From assembly GCA_964533835.1 (NCBI GenBank), contig CAZHQD010000001.1:1-54437 (forward strand): DNA of 54,437 nucleotides, read 5' to 3'. Made by a program: the position numbers and the translations under genes. The DNA comes from an uncultured Puniceicoccaceae bacterium. GTDB lineage: Bacteria > Verrucomicrobiota > Verrucomicrobiia > Opitutales > Oceanipulchritudinaceae. Shown here one piece after another: positions 1 to 8,911 of the stretch; position 1 is the stretch's first letter; each line of letters opens with the position of its first letter. The notes beneath the pieces are model-generated. The model was given only the letters and a program-made list of their open reading frames with translations, was not told where the DNA came from and did not search any database.

Positions 1-224
1 TTGTCATCAACGTCTGTAATGTTACGGACGTGAAGAACTTTTTCCGCGCCAAACTCCAGCTCCAGCGCGCGCCGCAGCACATCCTGTAGGGTAAATGTGC
101 GAAAGTTTCCGATATGGGCGGGTCCGTACACAGTAGGACCGCAGCAATACATACGGTAAATGCCATCCTCACCGATAGGTGAGAGCGTTCGTACGGAGCG
201 GGTCAATGTATCGTGCAGTCGCAT
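1..224 (-). CDS. cysS: cysteine--tRNA ligase, N-terminal fragment (gene continues past the window start)
   Basis: Not in the ORF track because it is open-ended. The reverse complement of 1..224 reads MRLHDTLTRSVRTLSPIGEDGIYRMYCCGPTVYGPAHIGNFRTFTLQDVLRRALELEFGAEKVLHVRNITDVDD. This has the class-I HIGH-type signature (HIGN) and the NITDVDD block typical of CysS N-termini. ATG at 224..222. Confidence 0.85.
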   Translation of the reverse strand, partial: MRLHDTLTRSVRTLSPIGEDGIYRMYCCGPTVYGPAHIGNFRTFTLQDVLRRALELEFGAEKVLHVRNITDVDD

Positions 225-288
225 GGTAAACGTGATTAACTAAGGTTCCTTAGAAGCACCTGTCAGCACAAATAATCTTCACTGGAAA

Positions 289-2871
289 TCAGGCTTCATT
301 GTCTTGATGACTGAAAAAGACATCTTCGAGCAGTGTGTGAAGGCTTACTATTTGGGCTAGTTGCCACTTGGTCTCTGCTGCCACTTGTGTTTTGCACTTG
401 TGGAGCAGTGGTTCTACGCCTTCGGTTCTGCGCCTGTCCAATTCTTGTGAGCGAACAGGGAAAATGGTTTCCAATGGCAGCGCTTCGATGTGGGCCAGTA
501 TTTCATCCAGCTTTTTAGTGAAAGCTTTCCCTGTATCTTTGGCGGCCCCTGCCTGCCTTATTGCAGCCATGTGCAGACGAATTTCCATCAGGCAGGCCGC
601 AATCGCATTCGGCGCGTGAGGGCTTTGCCAGAGCAATCGGGCCACTCTGTCCAGATAGGCACGTGCGCGGTATTCTCTCGAAAAAGCATCCAGTGACCCC
701 AACACGCGAAGCAGGGCAGTGAGATTGGTATCGTCAACCAAATGATGCAGCTGATTCAGCGCTGCGCTGGGGAACACATTGGCCAGTATTTCCGCAGTTG
801 TCATTGTGCGGTCTAAAAGCTGACCTATCTTTAAAAAGCGCCAACCCAGATCATGCGGCATCGTGCGATCTATCGTGCCAAAGACTTGGGCCACTCCGTT
901 GACAATTGTTTGCCCTAGCTCTCGAGTTTGAGCTGATGTTAATTCAACTTGGGTATTATTTGGGAAAAACTTGGGTAATTCGGCCAAAGATTGCCAGACT
1001 TCGGGCGTGAGGTAGTCCCGCAAACAATTGGCATTCCATACTGCGGACGCCAGGCAGGAAGCCACCGATGCTGCTTCTTGCCTATCTGCCAGAAGGCTTG
1101 CCGAGAGCTGCCAAAGGTGTCGCGGTGGGCGCTGGCCCTCCATCTTTTTCCCCGTTGTGGCAATCACTGCCTTCCAGAGTTGCCAGTAGTGGCGTTTGTC
1201 ATCCGCGTTTATCTCGGTCCATCGAACGGATTCCAGTGTGACCAGCATTCTAGCGCTATTTTCAGCACGTTCCAGATACCGCCCGAGCCAGTAAAGGGAT
1301 TCCGCTACCCTGCTTCCAAGGGGCAGCGCTCCTGGGGCGAGTATCGCTTCAAGTGGGGCAGGCATGGCTTCTGCGCTTGCTAGGTCGGCGTTGCTTTTCT
1401 CTGTTTTGCCTACGGCTTTTGGCGCCACGACCCAGGTATCCTTCATGCCTTCGGCCATGATTGTCAGCCTATTTGCCACATGAGGCTGCACGCTTTGTCT
1501 AGTCAACCCGCCCGCCATTACATGCGGTGTTGGGTGCAGCAATACAAAAGCCCTGAGAAATACGCTTCGCTGCTCGAAATGATTTTTTATGAGGCGTGGG
1601 GCCTTCAGGGGGCTGAGGTAGGGCTGTGCCACTACAAACTCCGGATCAGTATTGAGCAGGCTTTCAATTTCTTTCACGCTGCCAGTCTGGATGCGGTTGG
1701 GCAGTAGTTTGCGCAGTAGCCCAATATCTCCCACGGGTTTCAGCACCAGTTGTTGCCGATGTTTGAGTATGTATGCCAGCTCGCCTTTGTCGCCACCATG
1801 AAAGGTAGGGATCGTGGGCAGGAGAGGGCGTTCTTTTAAGTAATAATTTATAATCGTATCACTATGGCGAAGGATGGCACGATTATCGGCAACGCCGCAG
1901 CCCAGGGCATTTACTATGGTAACATTTCCCACGCGCGCGCATTCAGCCAGCCCGGGCACTCCCGTGTGCTGTGAAGGACCAAAGGCCACTGGGTCAGCCG
2001 AAGAGGTTTCAATGCGGCGGTAGATCACATCCACTTTTGCCAACCCATGAATGGTTCGCAAAAATACGAAGCTCTTGCGCACTACCAAATCGACAGGCTG
2101 CACGAGCAGAGCCCCCATGCGCCTTGCCAGAAAACTTTCTTCAAAATGCTGATTCCTGTCTGTCAGGCGTGTGAGTACAACAATTAATGGTCGCTCCACG
2201 CCCCGCGGCGCCACCGTTTTGAGAGTTTCCGCTAATCTTCCCGCGAAATCCGCAATTGGGCGAACGGGGGCGGCTTCAAAGAGCTCAGGTAATACCTGCG
2301 CGAGTAGACGCCTGTTTTGTAGCGCATAGGAGATGCCAAAGGGCATGGTGAAGTGATTTTCAAGCACATGCCATGCGCCGTCCGCTAGTTTAACCAAATC
2401 TACGGCGCCCACTGTCAGGTAGCGATCTCCAACAGGCTTGGCTCCCACAAGCGTGCGGTGGTAAGCAGGATCAGACAAAACAGGGTGTAGTGGGATGGCC
2501 TGATCTTTAATCAGTTTTCTTTCTCCATAAAGGTCAGCTATGTAGGCCTCAAATGCGCGTGCCCGCTGCATGATTCCTTTTTCCAGTTGTTTCCATTCAG
2601 CCGATGGGATCAGCCGAGGGAAAACATCCAGTTGCCAATTAAGCGTCACGCCTGAGTTCTGGTCATCATCTACGGGCAAATGCAGTCCTGCTGCTTCTGC
2701 TCCTCTGTCAATCAAGTCCGCTCGTTGCTTGAGTTCACTGGCGCTAAATCGGCTAATGGCATGGGCAACGGACCACGCTTCTTCCGTCCAATCTCCTTGC
2801 AGCGTGCGGGTTTCATCTCGCTCAGCAGGGTAATTGCGGAAGTGGTCGTAGCGTTTGGCCGATGCTAGCAT
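289..2871 (-). CDS. circularly permuted ATP-grasp :: alpha-E domain fusion protein (third copy of this module in the window)
   Basis: 860-aa ORF. The N-terminal half is paralogous to the 481-aa and 865-aa proteins downstream (AFEAYIADLYGERKLIKDQAIP). The C-terminal half has the alpha-E box SLYWLGRYLERAEN. Confidence 0.8.
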   Translation of the reverse strand: MLASAKRYDHFRNYPAERDETRTLQGDWTEEAWSVAHAISRFSASELKQRADLIDRGAEAAGLHLPVDDDQNSGVTLNWQLDVFPRLIPSAEWKQLEKGIMQRARAFEAYIADLYGERKLIKDQAIPLHPVLSDPAYHRTLVGAKPVGDRYLTVGAVDLVKLADGAWHVLENHFTMPFGISYALQNRRLLAQVLPELFEAAPVRPIADFAGRLAETLKTVAPRGVERPLIVVLTRLTDRNQHFEESFLARRMGALLVQPVDLVVRKSFVFLRTIHGLAKVDVIYRRIETSSADPVAFGPSQHTGVPGLAECARVGNVTIVNALGCGVADNRAILRHSDTIINYYLKERPLLPTIPTFHGGDKGELAYILKHRQQLVLKPVGDIGLLRKLLPNRIQTGSVKEIESLLNTDPEFVVAQPYLSPLKAPRLIKNHFEQRSVFLRAFVLLHPTPHVMAGGLTRQSVQPHVANRLTIMAEGMKDTWVVAPKAVGKTEKSNADLASAEAMPAPLEAILAPGALPLGSRVAESLYWLGRYLERAENSARMLVTLESVRWTEINADDKRHYWQLWKAVIATTGKKMEGQRPPRHLWQLSASLLADRQEAASVASCLASAVWNANCLRDYLTPEVWQSLAELPKFFPNNTQVELTSAQTRELGQTIVNGVAQVFGTIDRTMPHDLGWRFLKIGQLLDRTMTTAEILANVFPSAALNQLHHLVDDTNLTALLRVLGSLDAFSREYRARAYLDRVARLLWQSPHAPNAIAACLMEIRLHMAAIRQAGAAKDTGKAFTKKLDEILAHIEALPLETIFPVRSQELDRRRTEGVEPLLHKCKTQVAAETKWQLAQIVSLHTLLEDVFFSHQDNEA

Positions 2872-2937
2872 AAGAGAGCGTTTGGGTGGGATAGTGGCTT
2901 CCGAAAAATTCGGACATGCCCCGTGAAAATACTGGGG

Positions 2938-3996
2938 CTACCACACGCCTTTGTCGCCCGGCTCCAGGGTTTGGGCAAAAGCAACCAAGAGGCGGACACA
3001 GTTTTCCACATCCTGCAAGTCTACCACTTCGCTTGGTGTATGCATATAGCGCAGTGGCACCCCAAGCGAAGCTGTTGCTACGCCGTCGCGAGACCACTGG
3101 ATCTCTCTGCTATCGTTACCTATTGGGCGTGCTTCGGCTTCAAATTGGATGGAGATTTTTTCTGCTTCCGCCACGGCTACTAGCCTGTCGAGTATCCAGG
3201 GGTTGATGTTGGGCCCACGGCCAAGCACAGGGCCGCCTCCGAGTTTAACTTCGCCGAACTTCCTGTTGTTGCATTCAGGGTGATCAGTGGCATGGGTAAC
3301 ATCTATCGCAACAGCAAGATCGGGCTGGATTTGGTGGGCAGCAATACGAGCGCCACGACAGCCAATCTCTTCTTGAGCCGTGGCTACAGCGGCCAATTTG
3401 CAATTGGGTTTTTTGGGCAACGAGGATAAGCGCACGAGTGTTTCACCCGCTATGTAGGCGCCCACTTTGTTATCAAAGGCTCTGGCCACACCTATACTGC
3501 CGCGAAGTGGCTCAAATCCGTGATCATAGACTGCAGCATCGCCTATGCGAACCAGGCTCAGTGCTTCCGCCTTGTCCTTAGCGCCGATATCTATCCAGAG
3601 ATTATGGCGCTCGGGCGCTTTCTTTCTTTCATCTGGTTCCATGAGATGAACGGCTCGCTTACCCGTAACTCCCGTAACGGGACCATTTTTGGTAAGAATC
3701 CGCACTCTCCGCCCAGAAATTACGTTAAGATCATGCCCGCCGAGTGTATCGAAATACAAGAAGCCTTCCTTATCAACATAGGTGATGATCAGGCCAAGCT
3801 CATCCATGTGCCCGGCTAAGAGCAGGGTGGGGGAGCCGATTGGGTTTAAGATGCCTATACGATTCCCTATGGAGTCGCGCAAATAACGATCTGAACGCGG
3901 CTCAATATACTTATCGTAAACCCGTTGGGCTTCATACTCATGGCCTGTGGGCGAGCGGGCTTCCAGTAATTCACGGAGAAAAGGTGGCAAATCCAT
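2938..3996 (-). CDS. M42 family metallo-aminopeptidase (FrvX/CelM-like)
   Basis: 352-aa ORF. N-terminus LLEARSPTGHEYEAQRVY...LLLAGHMDELGLIITYVDKEGFLYFDTLGG is typical of M42 peptidases. Confidence 0.8.
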   Translation of the reverse strand: MDLPPFLRELLEARSPTGHEYEAQRVYDKYIEPRSDRYLRDSIGNRIGILNPIGSPTLLLAGHMDELGLIITYVDKEGFLYFDTLGGHDLNVISGRRVRILTKNGPVTGVTGKRAVHLMEPDERKKAPERHNLWIDIGAKDKAEALSLVRIGDAAVYDHGFEPLRGSIGVARAFDNKVGAYIAGETLVRLSSLPKKPNCKLAAVATAQEEIGCRGARIAAHQIQPDLAVAIDVTHATDHPECNNRKFGEVKLGGGPVLGRGPNINPWILDRLVAVAEAEKISIQFEAEARPIGNDSREIQWSRDGVATASLGVPLRYMHTPSEVVDLQDVENCVRLLVAFAQTLEPGDKGVW

Positions 3997-4054
3997 ATCT
4001 CTCTATGAATTGCGTAATCTCTTCGCGCGCAAGCAAATCCATGCCCCTGTTGAT

Positions 4055-7000
4055 TTACTCCTCCTTGATTTTGAGACGGAACCAAGTGTCTGAGGGGTTT
4101 CCGCTAAAGTCTATGGTTTGCACTACTCTCTCTTTGGCGCCGTTTTCTATAGAGTGTATCTGAGCTGTGTGCCCAGGCAGCTCTGTCCATTCATTGGGCG
4201 CAGTTTCGGTGCTGCTTTCCAAGATGTAGCGGACGCCTTTGATGCTTGTAGGCCTATCGTAGCTTAGTGTGACTTCAAACTTGTCGCCCGTCTTTGTTGT
4301 GTAAATGAATAGCCCTGAATCTGGGGAGTTCCATGTCAATGGATCACTGCCTAGAGCAAACTCATAGAGATTTGGCAACCCATCCTTATCGGTGTCTGTG
4401 TTGGGCGCTCTAAGGCTTTGTGGGCTAAGTGGGCCAAGGGCCTTTTCCATCGTCGCGGCAAAAGTGGAGGGCTCCGCTGTTGCCGTGCCGACTAAAGGCG
4501 AGGTGAATTCGTATTCTCCCGGCGCTGCCAGAAGCCTGAGTTGATTCCCTTCATCAGTTACTTGAGTCAGCCCACTCACACTTGTCGAAAGCAGAAGGGA
4601 TTGGCCCTCCTTGCACTCTGCTCCGTTGCTGGTTGGCAGGAAGACAGTAGCCGTGGTATTCGGTGGAACAATGAGCTTCCACGTCAGCTTATTGTTTTCC
4701 ACTTTCCAGTCGCTGGTGATTGGCCCGTAGGCGGTATCGAGAGTGAGTTTGGCGGATGACACACGTGTATTTATGCCGGGCTTGGCAAAGAAATGCTTCC
4801 AACCAGGAGCTGCCTCATCGCGCCTAAGTCCTGCGATACCCTGGCTAAAAAGCCCGTCTATCCAGAGATAGGAACTGTGCATGAGAGAGCCACTGCCATT
4901 CCAGCTTTCCCAGATGCTTGTAGCGCCTCGCTTGAGCATATCACCAAACCCTGGGTAGGTTTCTCTGTCAGTCATCAATGCGATTAGGTCCGCACGGTCA
5001 TTTGCCAGAAGGGCCTCCATGACAAAGAACCCTCCTGTTATGCCGGCATTGAAGTATTTACGTGTCATGATGTCGCTCTCAAATGTGGCCCATACGGCAG
5101 GCCACAGATCATCTGGCGGCAGTTGAACCAGCAAAGCCGCAGCCATGTATTGTTGCTGACCATTCACATAACTGGCAGTGGCTGGTTTATAAAAATGATT
5201 ATGAATGGTTTCACGAACGACTTGAGCCCTGTTTTCATAGGCTTGAGCATCTGCCTCTTTGCCTAGGATGCGGGCAATCTTGGCCGTCGTCTTCAGTGCG
5301 TATATCCAATAGCAATTATTAAAGAAAAGCGTCTCCTGTGTATTGCTATTGGTTCCTGAAGCTCCGGGCCATAGCCAATCTCCCAGGAAGTCCCACTGGC
5401 CTCCCCAAGGGCGCACGATATTGCCATCGGATTTGGATTCCATGTAGGCAAGCCAGCGCTTCATCGTGTCATAATTCTCTTGGAGTATGTGCTTATCTCC
5501 ATACTGGAGGTATACTTGCCACGGCAGGGTAACTACTATGCCGCTCCATGCGGGCCCGCCGCCTCCCCAGTAGGTGGGGGCTGTGTACCATACATGACCA
5601 TCCTCTTGCTGGACGTCCCGCCAATCTTGCATCCACTTGCGGTAGAATGCACCAGAGTGAAAATTGTCCAGCATGATGCGGGCCGTAGCATGGCCATCAC
5701 CGCCATAGCCCATACGCTCACGCTGTGGGCAATCTACAATGTAGCCACCGAGTGAGAGGTTCTCCAACGTCCAAATCGCCGTGTCATGAATACGGTTGAA
5801 GAGATCTTTTGAAGACGTAAATGTTTTCGAACGACGCAGATCGTTACGGACTTGCCAGATTACGAAATCCTGCGGATCGGGCTTATAGTTCAGGCCGCGA
5901 ACCGTAATCCAGCGCGCGGTGGTGTAATTGAAGTGGTTGCGGTAAGTGGCTATCCCGTTTACGCCAAAAATATAGACGCCCCTCATGTCGTGGGTTACCT
6001 CCTTGTCGCTTGCTTCAGACATGAAGAAACTAACTTCCTGACCGGTTTGGCCTTCTATTTGAAACTCTGCCATGCCTGCCACATTCACGCCCATATCTAC
6101 TCGATAGGCGCCACCTGCGAGAGAAGTGACGCTCACGCCCTGCACGCGGGTAAGCTTGCGGTTGGGTTCAATAATATCCGGCGTTAGTTTTAGGTCGGGT
6201 GTGTAAGTTTTTGCGGCTGCCCAGGCAGAGTCATTGAATGTTGCCTTGTTCCAATCTGGATTCTCTTTGCGCGCATCGTATTTTTCACCGCCGTAGTGCA
6301 TAAACCACCAGATGCCCATTTGGGTGTAAGGGCTAGGAGCAGTTCTCCAGGTAGCATTTGTGCCAAAGATAGTAGGCTCGGCAGCATCGGGCAGCTGCAC
6401 GGTGAAATGCCCTCTCACCAAACCAGCGCGTGGCTTATCCGTTGTTTCATACTCATCAAAGATACTCCATGAATTACCTACCCAGAGGGCCAGGCAGTTG
6501 GTGCCCTGAATGAGGTAGGGCGTTATATCGTAGGCAACATAGCGTGCGCGTTGGGAATTATCGGCCACATTAGGCATCAAAACAGCGTCGCTTACTCGTT
6601 GCCCATTCACGTAGAGTTCGTGGTAGCCAACGGTTGCAATTCGGGCAAAAGCCGTTTCTGGTTTCTTGCTTAGCTGGATATTTTTGCGAAACCATGGGTC
6701 GGGAATGGTATTGTCTTCTGGATCCCACCAGCCAGGGCCTTTGAGTACAAAGCTTTCTCCCGTGCCGATCCAGGAGGAGCCTTCCCAGTCAGCTTCACTT
6801 AGGAATCCCATCGTCCAAAAATGCGTGTCCGACCATTCGGAAGCGGTATCAGTGCTGTCCCATACTTTTACGCGCCAAGCGAGCATTTGCCCCGATGTAA
6901 GCGCCGTTCCTTGATAGGGCACGTTCACAGACTGCGAAGAGATAACCTTGCCGCTATCCCACAACGTCTTTTCGCCATCCCATACTTGTATCTGATAGGC

Positions 7001-7195
7001 CGATTGAGCCATTCCACGACTCGCCGTAGACTCCAGGCGCCAACTTAAATTGGGCTTCGGGTTTTCTACCGCAAGCGGTTGTGTGATGTATTCGCACCGC
7101 AGATCAGTTACGATCGGCGCAGCTTGAGCAATTTTTGTTAAGGCCATGAACAATACAACGATGATGGTAATTTTGCGGTACAGGATCGGGATCAT
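4055..7195 (-). CDS. exported alpha-L-rhamnosidase (GH78) with an extra C-terminal Asp-rich/beta module
   Basis: 1046-aa ORF with a signal peptide (MIPILYRKITIIVVLFMALTKIAQA). The N-terminus PIVTDLRCEYITQPLAVENPKPNLSWRL and overall length are typical of bacterial GH78. C-terminal DTDKDGLPNLYEFALGSDP motif. Confidence 0.8.
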   Translation of the reverse strand: MIPILYRKITIIVVLFMALTKIAQAAPIVTDLRCEYITQPLAVENPKPNLSWRLESTASRGMAQSAYQIQVWDGEKTLWDSGKVISSQSVNVPYQGTALTSGQMLAWRVKVWDSTDTASEWSDTHFWTMGFLSEADWEGSSWIGTGESFVLKGPGWWDPEDNTIPDPWFRKNIQLSKKPETAFARIATVGYHELYVNGQRVSDAVLMPNVADNSQRARYVAYDITPYLIQGTNCLALWVGNSWSIFDEYETTDKPRAGLVRGHFTVQLPDAAEPTIFGTNATWRTAPSPYTQMGIWWFMHYGGEKYDARKENPDWNKATFNDSAWAAAKTYTPDLKLTPDIIEPNRKLTRVQGVSVTSLAGGAYRVDMGVNVAGMAEFQIEGQTGQEVSFFMSEASDKEVTHDMRGVYIFGVNGIATYRNHFNYTTARWITVRGLNYKPDPQDFVIWQVRNDLRRSKTFTSSKDLFNRIHDTAIWTLENLSLGGYIVDCPQRERMGYGGDGHATARIMLDNFHSGAFYRKWMQDWRDVQQEDGHVWYTAPTYWGGGGPAWSGIVVTLPWQVYLQYGDKHILQENYDTMKRWLAYMESKSDGNIVRPWGGQWDFLGDWLWPGASGTNSNTQETLFFNNCYWIYALKTTAKIARILGKEADAQAYENRAQVVRETIHNHFYKPATASYVNGQQQYMAAALLVQLPPDDLWPAVWATFESDIMTRKYFNAGITGGFFVMEALLANDRADLIALMTDRETYPGFGDMLKRGATSIWESWNGSGSLMHSSYLWIDGLFSQGIAGLRRDEAAPGWKHFFAKPGINTRVSSAKLTLDTAYGPITSDWKVENNKLTWKLIVPPNTTATVFLPTSNGAECKEGQSLLLSTSVSGLTQVTDEGNQLRLLAAPGEYEFTSPLVGTATAEPSTFAATMEKALGPLSPQSLRAPNTDTDKDGLPNLYEFALGSDPLTWNSPDSGLFIYTTKTGDKFEVTLSYDRPTSIKGVRYILESSTETAPNEWTELPGHTAQIHSIENGAKERVVQTIDFSGNPSDTWFRLKIKEE

Positions 7196-7360
7196 CGGAG
7201 TGTAGTGCGGGCCGCGCTTTGACTACTGGCAGTAGACTGGAGATAGCGTATTTGCCCATTCGGGGTGGAGTAAATTATTAACAGGGTTGTTAGCTTATAT
7301 TGAATCCTATCCATTATAAGCAAGAATCGAATCAGCTAAGGGCTAATTTTGTAGCGCTTA

Positions 7361-8908
7361 TTATAACGGTAGATAGTCAAACCAATCGAACGCTGCCTTG
7401 GGGCCGTTCTCTCCTCGGGGAGCGCTTGTGAACAGTCCCAGTAACACACCTGTGAACCGGCCTCCTACTTCGGTGCTAAGATAACGGGTTTCTGCCGTAT
7501 CGAGGTCTATCCATGGGCCTTCTTCTCCAAAGGCACAGCTGAGGCGGTACCATCCCGCGTTTCCGGTAATTCTTAAATACACACGGTTAGAGGCCTTTTT
7601 TTCCATCTCAGCGCCCACCTCTACAGAGCCAGTAATTGCGCTTAGTGTGCCAATCCTGCGCCTGACTACTACACGCCTGCGACCATTCAAGCACGTAAGC
7701 GTTATGGAATAGTGATGCAAATAATTTTGCCAGACGCATAGCCCTGCTTGTTCAAGCTCGCGCTCAGGGCGGTATTCAAGGCAGGTTGTCGCCTGAAAAT
7801 CAAAATGCTGCTGCCTTCTGCCTACCCAAGTGGGGTAAAACATATTGTCCAGGTCTTGCTCACAAGGGGTAAGCGTTAGCCACCCTGGGCGAGTCTGAAG
7901 ATCGTAGCGATGGGCAACGGGTGCCCTGATGTGCGCCCAAGTCGGGGCCAACTTCTCGGCGTCGAAGTTGTCTCGGGTGGCTTCGACTGGACAAGGGTGG
8001 GGCGGTGGCAGATTTGCGCTGGCAAATGCGAGGCCTGTGCGGTTGTTGCTTCCTACAGATGGCCAGCCGTCGGAATTCCAAACTATGGGGGTTAAAAAAG
8101 TTTCTCTGCCCAGCAAGTGAACACTGTGATACCCAGTGGTCCGGAATCCTAAGTGCACCATAAACCAGTGACCTTTGTCTGTCTGCACCAGATCGCCATG
8201 ACCTGTGCCTTGGATGGGCGAGTTGGTGCTGCGATGAGTAAGTATAGGGTTGCGTGGGCAGCTTTCCCAAGGGCCTTTTGGATGGGGGCCGCGGGCAATG
8301 ACTTCGGTGTGCCCATATTCTGTTCCACCTTCGGCTGCCATCAGGTAGTAGGTACCGTTGATCAGATAAATATGGGGCCCCTCTGTTCCGCTGCCGCCCG
8401 CTCCTTCCCAAAGGGTATATGGTGCGGATTTTGGCTGAAAAGTTACAGGGTCGAGCTCCGATTGCAGCAGTCGGACTTTATCCTTATGATGCGCGCTTGT
8501 AGTCAGGTAAAGCTTGCCGTCAGTATCCCAAAAAAGATCAGGATCTATGCCTTCTTGGGGGATATAGATTGGCTCGCTCCAAGGGCCATCCGCTTTGTCC
8601 GCCGAAATAACGAAATTACCCTTATGGGACGTATTGGTGCAAGCGATGTAGAATTTCCCATTGTGATGGCGTATGCTGGGCGCATAGAGACCACCTGATG
8701 TCCATGCGTTATCAAGCACGAGCTGGCTTGGCCGTGTCATGGCATGGCCAATCAGCCGCCAGTGAACAAGGTCGCGGCTATGAAAAAGCGGTAGGCCCGG
8801 GAAATACTCGAAGCTGGAAACCGTGAGATAGTAATCACTGCCCACCCTGCAAATAGAGGGATCGGGATGAAAGCCGGGTATTATGGGGTTTTGCCAGCTT
8901 ATCTCCAT
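7361..8908 (-). CDS. GH43 beta-xylosidase/alpha-L-arabinofuranosidase (no signal peptide)
   Basis: 515-aa ORF. NPIIPGFHPDPSICRVGSDYYLTVSSFEYFPGLPLFHSRDLVHWRLIGH is the classic XynB-type GH43 N-terminus. The C-terminal half is lectin/ConA-like. Confidence 0.85.
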   Translation of the reverse strand: MEISWQNPIIPGFHPDPSICRVGSDYYLTVSSFEYFPGLPLFHSRDLVHWRLIGHAMTRPSQLVLDNAWTSGGLYAPSIRHHNGKFYIACTNTSHKGNFVISADKADGPWSEPIYIPQEGIDPDLFWDTDGKLYLTTSAHHKDKVRLLQSELDPVTFQPKSAPYTLWEGAGGSGTEGPHIYLINGTYYLMAAEGGTEYGHTEVIARGPHPKGPWESCPRNPILTHRSTNSPIQGTGHGDLVQTDKGHWFMVHLGFRTTGYHSVHLLGRETFLTPIVWNSDGWPSVGSNNRTGLAFASANLPPPHPCPVEATRDNFDAEKLAPTWAHIRAPVAHRYDLQTRPGWLTLTPCEQDLDNMFYPTWVGRRQQHFDFQATTCLEYRPERELEQAGLCVWQNYLHHYSITLTCLNGRRRVVVRRRIGTLSAITGSVEVGAEMEKKASNRVYLRITGNAGWYRLSCAFGEEGPWIDLDTAETRYLSTEVGGRFTGVLLGLFTSAPRGENGPKAAFDWFDYLPL

Positions 8909-8911
8909 GGC

